Assembly (NCBI RefSeq): GCF_963676475.2
Contig: NZ_CAXXQZ010000001.1
Location: 875,245 to 939,244, forward strand
DNA from: an uncultured Celeribacter sp.
GTDB lineage: Bacteria > Pseudomonadota > Alphaproteobacteria > Rhodobacterales > Rhodobacteraceae
Direction of reading: 5' to 3'
DNA length: 64,000 nucleotides
The first letter of the stretch is position 1, and every line of letters starts with the position of its first letter. A program made the translations under genes and the position numbers. The notes beneath the pieces are model-generated. The model worked only from the letters and a program-made list of their open reading frames with translations. It was not told the origin of the DNA and did no database searches. Positions 41,796 through 48,566 of the stretch are shown here, piece after piece.

Positions 41796-42536
41796 TCAAA
41801 TCCCCCGAATTGCATTGATGATCGAACCGACGCCGACCAGAGCTTTATTGAGACCGTCACCGGCATAATAGGAGCTTCCCGCGCTCGAACCTGTCACCAC
41901 CGGAAGCGATGCCCACTCCCGCGCCAGATTGTTTGCGAACTGCGTCTCAGTGATCCGTCCAGACTGGTAATCGGACAGCCCGCGCCGCTCCATCAGGGCC
42001 ACGGCAAGACGGTCCTGAAGCTCAGGCGTGAACAGGTCGCTTTTGCGTGCATAACCGGCGTTCACAAGGTCATTGAGCGTCTTGCGAAGGAACTGATACC
42101 GGCCCGCCGCACTGGATGCGGACCCGGCGGCAATGCTTTGTCTCTGCCAGTCCAGCACCTCGCCCACGGTCATTTGCGTGAGCGGCTTCGGTGTCGCGAT
42201 CTTGGAGCCGCCATAGACCTGATTATAGCCTTGCGGAGCCTCTACCCCGCCAATGAGCCCCAGAAGACCTGATAGGCCGCTTGAACTCATTTGCGGCGAA
42301 CCATAGGACGTACTCGGAGCGGTGCTGCCAGAGCTTTGACCGCCTTTCCCAAACAGGCCTGAGAGCGCATCGACAATCCCGAGTGCGGCGGTGATTTTCG
42401 CCGCCGTGTTGTCCGGTTTCGGTTGCTCAACATAGACGACCTTCTGGGAATGCTCAGAGGATGCGCCGCGCTTGGAAAAGGCCCAGAACGCAACGCCCGT
42501 GATCCCCGCAAGAATGACTGCACCAAACTCAGACAT
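41796..42536 (-). CDS. Membrane-anchored lambda-lysozyme-like muramidase/lytic transglycosylase
   Basis: N-terminal TM, Ser/Gly linker, then E-x4-YN...SAAGRYQF...EWASLP lambda-R-type motifs; real start MSEFG at 42536. Confidence 0.8.
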   Translation of the reverse strand: MSEFGAVILAGITGVAFWAFSKRGASSEHSQKVVYVEQPKPDNTAAKITAALGIVDALSGLFGKGGQSSGSTAPSTSYGSPQMSSSGLSGLLGLIGGVEAPQGYNQVYGGSKIATPKPLTQMTVGEVLDWQRQSIAAGSASSAAGRYQFLRKTLNDLVNAGYARKSDLFTPELQDRLAVALMERRGLSDYQSGRITETQFANNLAREWASLPVVTGSSAGSSYYAGDGLNKALVGVGSIINAIRGI

Positions 42537-43155
42537 GGACCACCTCGTCCGCAAATGCCAGCGCGGTAGGCTCTTCCGAATTTGCGTAGACCGCTGCGCC
42601 GCCCAGAATTTCCACAGTTTGGCCCGGTTGAGCCACAACCGTTGCGTATTTCGAGACCCGTGCGCCCGTGGTCGCATAGAAATAGATCGCGCTGGTTTCA
42701 GAGGCGTTTCGGAAAATCGCCTTTTGGCGCATATCATCAATCGGCATGACCTGCTCCACCGTCGAAGAAATAAAGGCCATGTTGTTGATGTATTCGATAC
42801 CGTCAGCCCCAGAGATAACGCCGCCGATGTCGAAGGGACGCATTTGCAGCTTTTCGCGGGTCTCGATTGCTCCCAGAGCTGCAAACCGACCATCACGGAC
42901 GCCGCCACGACCAAAACCAAGCGTCACGATTATCGTTTCGTCAGTCGGGTTGATTATGCGGACGCTATCGAAATCGGCCTCTGAGGTGTATGTGAGGCCC
43001 TTCTGGAACCCGGTTTCCGGGGCCTCCCCGATCTGCACCTTGAAAGGCTTCGTGGCCTCAAGGCAGGACAGAAAATCAGAGCGGCGCGGGACGTTGTGCG
43101 ACTGACCCGGCGCCAGTGTCCAGGTGCTTTCTTGGTAGAACGGTTTTTTGGTCAT
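42529..43155 (-). CDS. Putative penton/spike protein (PM2 P1-like position, beta-rich)
   Basis: All-beta pattern; QVMPIDDMRQKAIFRN and QPGQTVEI resemble recalled PM2 P1 domain II segments; syntenic slot. Confidence 0.55.
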   Translation of the reverse strand: MTKKPFYQESTWTLAPGQSHNVPRRSDFLSCLEATKPFKVQIGEAPETGFQKGLTYTSEADFDSVRIINPTDETIIVTLGFGRGGVRDGRFAALGAIETREKLQMRPFDIGGVISGADGIEYINNMAFISSTVEQVMPIDDMRQKAIFRNASETSAIYFYATTGARVSKYATVVAQPGQTVEILGGAAVYANSEEPTALAFADEVVHV

Positions 43156-43943
43156 TTGAGTACCTGTGCAATGAGAATGAGAGCTATGGCCGGGACGCCG
43201 ATCCGAATGAGCTGCGTGGATAGCTGGGTGCTGTCCTCTTGGCTTTTTTCAAGGGTGGATGCGAAGGCCCCTGAGAGCTGGTCAAGAGACTGCCCTGCGA
43301 ATTTATAGGCGTCCTCTCGCGCCCCCTCTGCAAAGGACAGAGCGTCACCTGTTGCCCCCACCACCTCGTCCAGCGATGTTTGGGCAAAATTGAATGCGTC
43401 ATTGCCAAATCCGACCACGTCAGAAAGCGCACGCTCCCCAAAGTTCAGGCTTTCGGAAAGGGCCTCTTGCGAAAGGTCGATCCCCTGCCCGGCCAAATCC
43501 ACACTGTCCGCAAATCGGTCATTCGATAGGCGCACCGCATCAGAGGCGAAATCGAAGGCCTCGCGCTGCGCATCATTGACCAAGTCATAAGCGCCACTTT
43601 GAGCGTCACCGGCGAAATCGAAGGCTTCGCGCTGCGATCCGTCCGCAAAATCCAGCGCGTCTGAAACTGCACCGCCTGCCACATCAAGACCTTGCTGCCC
43701 GAGATCATAACCGCCATAGGCAACTTCGTCGGCCAGCGAAAAGGCACTGTCTGCGGCCTCATTGATCGCGTCAGCAAAAGCCTCGCCCAGAGATACGGCC
43801 TCACCGCTCGTTTGGTTAATCACCACATCACCACCGGCGCGCGTAACGACAGAGCCAGCATCCGCCGCGACCCGTTCGTCATAGGTGTTGTAGTTGGTTT
43901 GCGTTGTGTTCGTGCTGCGAGAGCTACCGCCGAAAAGACCCAT
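43152..43943 (-). CDS. Membrane/DNA-delivery protein with 11/22-residue repeats (PM2 P10-like position)
   Basis: N-terminal MGLFGG and Ser/Thr run, DAQREAFDFA repeats, C-terminal TM. Confidence 0.6.
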   Translation of the reverse strand: MGLFGGSSRSTNTTQTNYNTYDERVAADAGSVVTRAGGDVVINQTSGEAVSLGEAFADAINEAADSAFSLADEVAYGGYDLGQQGLDVAGGAVSDALDFADGSQREAFDFAGDAQSGAYDLVNDAQREAFDFASDAVRLSNDRFADSVDLAGQGIDLSQEALSESLNFGERALSDVVGFGNDAFNFAQTSLDEVVGATGDALSFAEGAREDAYKFAGQSLDQLSGAFASTLEKSQEDSTQLSTQLIRIGVPAIALILIAQVLK

Positions 43944-43970
43944 ATTAACGCCCGTTTTTGGTTATGAAGT

Positions 43971-43992
43971 GACGCCCGCATTTGCGGGCGTC
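43971..43992. repeat. Perfect intergenic inverted repeat in the structural operon
   Basis: GACGCCCGCA-tt-TGCGGGCGTC. Confidence 0.85.
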
Positions 43993-43996
43993 CCGA

Positions 43997-44185
43997 TCAC
44001 TTTTTGACGATGAACCAGATTGCGACCGCCGCGACGATCACAGGCGCAAGCGTCTGGAGCCACCCCACCGAACCGGACGACCCTTTAAAGGCAAAATCGC
44101 CGGTCGCAGCGGCCCCGCCGCCAGAGGTTGCCATGCCGTCCGCCGAGGCGTGGCCACCGGACAGGCTTAGGTTTGGGAGTGTCAT
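43997..44185 (-). CDS. Small Gly/Ser-rich membrane protein (PM2 P8-like)
   Basis: 62 aa after AGGAG RBS; Gly-rich, ends LAPVIVAAVAIWFIVKK. Confidence 0.65.
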   Translation of the reverse strand: MTLPNLSLSGGHASADGMATSGGGAAATGDFAFKGSSGSVGWLQTLAPVIVAAVAIWFIVKK

Positions 44186-44250
44186 TCCGCTATCTCCTGT
44201 CGTTTGAGCTGCGGTCGTGGTCGGTGGCCTTCGCGGCGAGGTTGGCGCAA

Positions 44251-44673
44251 TCACTTCTTGGCAATGAAGTAGACAGCGCCAACGGCAAGAGCGCCCATCA
44301 GGATCAGAGACGGAGAAATCCCCCCGCTCTCGCCCTGCGTCTGATAGGCAACCGGCGTCACCTGCCCGTCCCCCGTGCTGCCCATGTACCCGAGAACCGC
44401 CGTGGCAACGTTCGTCAGGCCCGACAATGTCGAGGACGTACCGTCGACCGACGGGGCGGGAACAACGGTGCTGCCCGATCCGCCGATGTTGTCCGGCCCC
44501 ATGTTCTGGATCGGCGTTCCCATCGACAGACTTGCCATGAAGCTGTCCATATCTTGCGTCCACCCCCAAACAGGGTCCGTTTTCGGGATGTTCGATCCAT
44601 AGGAGAGCTGCGCGCCGGTGCTGTACGGATTACCGACAGTCGGCGCGCCCCCTCCTCCGAAAGAAAGTGCCAT
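44251..44673 (-). CDS. Virion membrane protein (PM2 P3-like)
   Basis: Directly follows the MCP; low complexity, C-terminal TM plus KK. Confidence 0.65.
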   Translation of the reverse strand: MALSFGGGGAPTVGNPYSTGAQLSYGSNIPKTDPVWGWTQDMDSFMASLSMGTPIQNMGPDNIGGSGSTVVPAPSVDGTSSTLSGLTNVATAVLGYMGSTGDGQVTPVAYQTQGESGGISPSLILMGALAVGAVYFIAKK

Positions 44674-44688
44674 ATTGAGACCTCCGTT

Positions 44689-45504
44689 TTAGGTTGACGT
44701 CGCCGGGCTGCGCATCGAGACCGAATAGATTTTGAAGTTCGTACCGGGCGCGGTGAAATCGAGTTTCACGCGGAAGTCGCGGAGGGTCATGGGCAGAACC
44801 TCGCCAAGGCGATTTTCGCTCATGAAGTCGATATGCGTGAAGCCGATCTGCGGAGCGCGGCCAGCAACGGACAGGTGCGCATTGCGGAGAACTTCGTCGC
44901 TTTCATGCACCTTCACGTTGTTGGTCAGCACCTCGACCTTGTCGATGTCATCCGATGTCACATGCAGGCCGAGAAGGTTGAAAGCGCCTTTGGGCAGGTC
45001 TGCAATTTCCTTGGTCCCCGCAAGGCCCATCTGGTCGGAGAAGCGCTGAATGCGCAAATGACCCGCGAAAGCGCGCGGCTCGGATTGCACCGCATAAACG
45101 GACAGCTCATTGACGGTAATGCCGTTTTTCAGGTCCATTTCAAGCGTCATGGTCGCGACGCCGGAGCCGGTGCCGTAAGCCGTGTTGTCCTCGCCCGCCA
45201 AGGTCCGCGCCCACGGCTGGGACAGGAATAACGGAAGAACGCCAGCGGACATTTCTTGTCCGTAATAAAGATTAAGAGAAACGAGGTCAGCCGCGTCAAT
45301 CTCGATCTTGGTTTCACCGTTCACCATCAGGCGAATCTCGCCGATATAGGCGCCCCAGTTGGCAACCTCAACATCACGCGGCGTCACGTTCACATTCATG
45401 CGGACATTGAGCCGGTGATAGGTCGGACCGATGGGCAGGTTTACGATTGCGGTTTGACCCGCGCCGATGCCCTGCGGGGTCGGCATTTTTTCGATACGGC
45501 GCAT
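44689..45504 (-). CDS. Double-jelly-roll major capsid protein (PM2 P2-like)
   Basis: 271 aa; LPIGPTY, KEIADLP, IDFMSE and DFRVKLD match recalled PM2 P2 motifs (LPIGQTY, TEIADLP, IDFMLE, DLRLKID). Confidence 0.88.
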   Translation of the reverse strand: MRRIEKMPTPQGIGAGQTAIVNLPIGPTYHRLNVRMNVNVTPRDVEVANWGAYIGEIRLMVNGETKIEIDAADLVSLNLYYGQEMSAGVLPLFLSQPWARTLAGEDNTAYGTGSGVATMTLEMDLKNGITVNELSVYAVQSEPRAFAGHLRIQRFSDQMGLAGTKEIADLPKGAFNLLGLHVTSDDIDKVEVLTNNVKVHESDEVLRNAHLSVAGRAPQIGFTHIDFMSENRLGEVLPMTLRDFRVKLDFTAPGTNFKIYSVSMRSPATST

Positions 45505-45529
45505 TTTTTGCTCCTGTGTTGGTGTCGGA

Positions 45530-45652
45530 TCAGCCGAAGCCGCGTTTGGCGTCGGAAACGATGCCGATGTCTTCGAATTGGTTCATCAGAAAGCCAGCGG
45601 CGACAACGCCAGCCATGACCAGCGCCACAAGTTTGAGGTCGGTTTTTTTCAT
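45530..45652 (-). CDS. Small single-TM protein (PM2 P7-like position)
   Basis: MKKTDLKLVALVMAGVVAAGFLMNQFEDIGIVSDAKRGFG, immediately before the MCP. Confidence 0.65.
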   Translation of the reverse strand: MKKTDLKLVALVMAGVVAAGFLMNQFEDIGIVSDAKRGFG

Positions 45653-45768
45653 GCGTAAAAGCCCGTTTGTTGAGGTTGCGGGGCGGTCTCCGCGCGGCGC
45701 GTAATGTACCAAACGGCCAGCCCGGAAAGGACTGACGCGGCCACGGTCAAAGCGAATGTTTTGGACAA
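45649..45768 (-). CDS. Small single-TM protein, TTG start (absent from the ORF track)
   Basis: MSKTFALTVAASVLSGLAVWYITRRAETAPQPQQTGFYA; AGGGG RBS; ATGA overlap with the next gene. Confidence 0.6.
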   Translation of the reverse strand: MSKTFALTVAASVLSGLAVWYITRRAETAPQPQQTGFYA

Positions 45769-45775
45769 GAGAAAA

Positions 45776-45851
45776 CCCCTGTTTTCGGTTGAGAACAGGG
45801 GAAGCATGACGGGGTTTCTGCGGGCGCTCGACTTAACGTAGCGAACGCCCG
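45776..45851. promoter_or_regulatory. Two stem-loops between the ATPase and structural genes
   Basis: CCCCTGTTTTC/GAGAACAGGGG (covers the RBS) and CGGGCGCTCG/CGAACGCCCG. Confidence 0.5.
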
Positions 45852-45884
45852 TAGCGTAGCGTTATGAATTGCGCTTTTTGTCGA

Positions 45885-46601
45885 TTAGGCGCGTTTTTTC
45901 CGTTTCGGCGCGGAATTGTCGTTTGCCGCCGGTGGCAAGTTGGTGTTTGCCGGTTTCGGTTTTGCAGCGCTCCGGCCAAAGGTGATCTTGCCGCGTTCGA
46001 TCTTGCCCGCCTTCTCGTGCAGGTAGTGCAGATTTTCCGCCGGAAGATCGGAGACCCGGACGCCCAATTCCGCCGCCGCCGCCTGTTTGTCGCGCGGCCC
46101 CTTTTGGCGAAACACCACAGTTTCGGTGCAGTTGCCACGGAACCGCGTGTCAACCTCTGCGAGCCGCTGAGAGACGCCCACGACCTCAATCCCGAAGTGG
46201 CGACCACGGGAACAGATTTCCGCAAAGCCGGGGCATTTCTGCGCGCCCCCGGCGACCGGGAAAGCCATGTTCATTTCTTCGACCACAAGCGTGAGCTGGT
46301 CGCCCTGCCCCGTGTCCTTAAAAGGCTGTTGCGCCATCATCAGGAGCTTGCAGAGCGCGGAGAGGCTTTTCGTCTCCGCACCCGGTCGCGGGACGTAAGA
46401 AACCCGGAACTTGTTCCAGCTCTTGCGCATCCCGATGCGCACCCCGTCGAGATCGCGCACAGATTGCCCGCCGTACTCGTCCAGCGGGTCGAAGATCACG
46501 ACGCGGCGTTTCGGCTTAACGTAGCGCTTTGTAAAGGCGGATTTGCCGGACCCGGACGCCCCCCAGACGCCCAAGCGGCCCGCGTTGCTCGAAGCGCTCA
46601 T
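45885..46601 (-). CDS. FtsK-HerA/A32-like genome packaging ATPase (PM2 P9-like)
   Basis: GASGSGKS Walker A, LVVEE Walker B, SRGRHFG arginine finger, VSQR sensor. Confidence 0.9.
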   Translation of the reverse strand: MSASSNAGRLGVWGASGSGKSAFTKRYVKPKRRVVIFDPLDEYGGQSVRDLDGVRIGMRKSWNKFRVSYVPRPGAETKSLSALCKLLMMAQQPFKDTGQGDQLTLVVEEMNMAFPVAGGAQKCPGFAEICSRGRHFGIEVVGVSQRLAEVDTRFRGNCTETVVFRQKGPRDKQAAAAELGVRVSDLPAENLHYLHEKAGKIERGKITFGRSAAKPKPANTNLPPAANDNSAPKRKKRA

Positions 46602-47164
46602 GCCGCTTCCTCGTCCGCATTCATGGGCGGCGCATCGACGTTTGCGGCCTCCGGCGTTCGGCTGCTCTTGAAGCTGCCCTCTGGTGCCTCGACCGTCGCG
46701 GCCTTCGCCTTCCGCCGCTCGATCAGAATGGCCCGCACAGCGCCGGTTTGCATGATCAGGAAAGGCGTCATTCGCATGATCGCCGCAAAGGTGTCATTGC
46801 TCGCCAACAGGATTGACGGGAAGTACATTTCACAGAGATTATAAGCGGCGTCTGCCGCATCCGCGAAAGGCTCTTCCTTCTCGTCGGTGATCGCAAGCGG
46901 TTTGAAGTCAGGAAGCATCATCCCCGGCATGTTGAACGACAGGCGGAAGACAGCGGCGAAGGCTTCGCGGCTCATGCGCTCCGGCTCAATCTGACCGGCC
47001 AGCGGCTCCCCGTCCTCCCCAATCTGGATAGGATCATCGTCCGCGAAGGTCTCCCCGTCGATGTCGGGCGCGCGGAAGCTGTCGAGGTGCGCGCCCGGAT
47101 CGGAGCTGGTCACGGCCTCCGGTGCGTTCATATCGTCAAAATTCAGATCAGTATCCGTAGTCAT
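46598..47164 (-). CDS. Phage protein with acidic N-terminus, coupled to the ATPase
   Basis: 188 aa, D/E-rich first 60 residues; ATGA overlap with the ATPase. Confidence 0.65.
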   Translation of the reverse strand: MTTDTDLNFDDMNAPEAVTSSDPGAHLDSFRAPDIDGETFADDDPIQIGEDGEPLAGQIEPERMSREAFAAVFRLSFNMPGMMLPDFKPLAITDEKEEPFADAADAAYNLCEMYFPSILLASNDTFAAIMRMTPFLIMQTGAVRAILIERRKAKAATVEAPEGSFKSSRTPEAANVDAPPMNADEEAA

Positions 47165-47540
47165 TGAGCGTGTCCCCCGCTTTACGTTTCGTTACGGGTG
47201 CGCGGTCGTCGTTCGCGGTCTCCGGCTTATTAACGGGCGTATCGCTACGCGGTGCGGCGCTTGGCGCGGCGTTGGTGTTCGCGGCCACCATGGGCGCGGG
47301 TGCGATGCCTTCGCGGCGGTGATAATCGGCCCGTATCGCCTCCGATTTCACCGCGCCCCAGCGGACGCCAAAACCGCAGCTCTGGCCCTGCGCGTCGAAG
47401 TTTCCGCAGTTGTAATATGCTTTGCCGGAGACGTTGATTTTGACCTGAACACGCCCCCCACAACAGGCGCACTTGTCGATCCGAACAACGGTCCCTTGTG
47501 GCAAAGGAAACGGACGCGGGCGGCGTTGTTTGTCGCTCAT
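47148..47540 (-). CDS. Zinc-ribbon protein, putative late transcription activator
   Basis: CxxC...YYNC-x9-CGF; start MSDKQ at 47540. Confidence 0.65.
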   Translation of the reverse strand: MSDKQRRPRPFPLPQGTVVRIDKCACCGGRVQVKINVSGKAYYNCGNFDAQGQSCGFGVRWGAVKSEAIRADYHRREGIAPAPMVAANTNAAPSAAPRSDTPVNKPETANDDRAPVTKRKAGDTLNDYGY

Positions 47541-47776
47541 GATGCACCCCCAACGCGTAGCGAAGCGCGGTTTGCTTCCCACGCCTCCAAAACCTGTTCT
47601 TGGTGCGCCTCAACCTCTTCGGGCGTCATGATGCGGACGCCGAAAAGGTCTTGGCCGGGATAGGCGGCGCGGAACCGGGCGCGGGCGTCCTTCGGGCTGT
47701 TGGCCGCGATCATGTGGGACCGTGCGCCCAGCTCACCGACAAGGGCCGAGACGCGATAGCGGGTTTTCGTGGTCAT
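47537..47776 (-). CDS. Phage hypothetical protein
   Basis: 79 aa, overlapping start/stop with both neighbours. Confidence 0.6.
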   Translation of the reverse strand: MTTKTRYRVSALVGELGARSHMIAANSPKDARARFRAAYPGQDLFGVRIMTPEEVEAHQEQVLEAWEANRASLRVGGAS

Positions 47777-47952
47777 TGCGCCACCTCCCCGGCCATGGCG
47801 TCGATCCGCGCGGCCATTTTCTCCATCACGTCCAGCGTGTCCGTCACGAGGTCGATCACCTCGCCCGGTTTTGTGGCGAGCATCATGGGGGATTTCTTCG
47901 CCAGATCGGCGGCGCGGTCGCGCAGCATCCGCGTTTCGTCTTTGAGTTGCAT
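47773..47952 (-). CDS. Phage hypothetical helical protein
   Basis: MQLKDETRMLRDRAADL...; RBS GAAGGG; translationally coupled. Confidence 0.6.
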   Translation of the reverse strand: MQLKDETRMLRDRAADLAKKSPMMLATKPGEVIDLVTDTLDVMEKMAARIDAMAGEVAQ

Positions 47953-48419
47953 TTCGGGTGACCCTTCGTGGTTAACGTGCAGGGAAGGTAACCAGATACC
48001 ACCACACGCCAACCCAAAAAAAACAAAAAACGCCTCAGGGGCCGTTTACAGGCGCTCTAAGGCGTTTTGGGTGCCGTGGTCACAAAAAGGCCCTATCGCC
48101 TCCCCTGCCCCCGCTGTGCGTCCAGTTTGCGGCCATTCTGTTCTTCCCCCGTACCTCCCCCGTTCCATCAGCCGGAACAAACGGCGGCAATTCTGGGGCG
48201 AAATTTTCAACCCTTCCCCAATTCATGGCGGGCCGAAGGCCCTCAATATCCCGGCCTCTCTCCCGCATGGCGCTCACCCGTACCGGCCCTCTCAACCCGC
48301 ACCCAACGCTGCGCCATGCCTTCCGCCGTCCCTCTCCACCCCGCACTTTATCAACTTGTTCCCCGACTAGGGGAACGCCTCATATCGTTGGTTCCTTTGG
48401 GAACCATGGAGGGGGGGGT

Positions 48420-48484
48420 AAATATTCACCCCCTTTTGGGGGAAATTTTCACCCCCTTTATCACTAAATTTTCACCCCCTTTAT
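48420..48484. repeat. Three iteron-like direct repeats with exact 23-bp phasing
   Basis: AAA(T/A)TTTCACCCCCTTT at 48420, 48443 and 48466 (the last two identical over 19 bp); degenerate copy at 48201. Confidence 0.85.
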
Positions 48485-48500
48485 TAATCCTGACAGAAAG

Positions 48501-48509
48501 TTATCCACA
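48501..48509 (+). promoter_or_regulatory. DnaA box next to the iterons
   Basis: Perfect TTATCCACA. Confidence 0.75.
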
Positions 48510-48515
48510 GGCACG

Positions 48516-48538
48516 AAAAAGCCCGCCGGGTGGCGGGC
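48516..48538 (-). terminator. Intrinsic terminator of the rep operon
   Basis: GCCCGCC-gggt-GGCGGGC followed by T5 on the minus strand. Confidence 0.75.
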
Positions 48539-48566
48539 CTATCTCTGTCGGCTGGTCTCGATGTCC

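Noticed and set aside
41796-42920. 374-aa ORF as listed in the track
   Set aside because: The first ~128 codons overlap the spike gene in another frame; the real lysozyme starts at MSEFG (42536)
43997-44569. 190-aa ORF as listed in the track
   Set aside because: The N-terminus overlaps the P3-like gene; the RBS supports a start at 44185 (a GTG near 44254 is a weaker alternative)
48420-48484. Possible mini-CRISPR array
   Set aside because: Spacers are only about 5 bp and there are no cas genes; fits iterons
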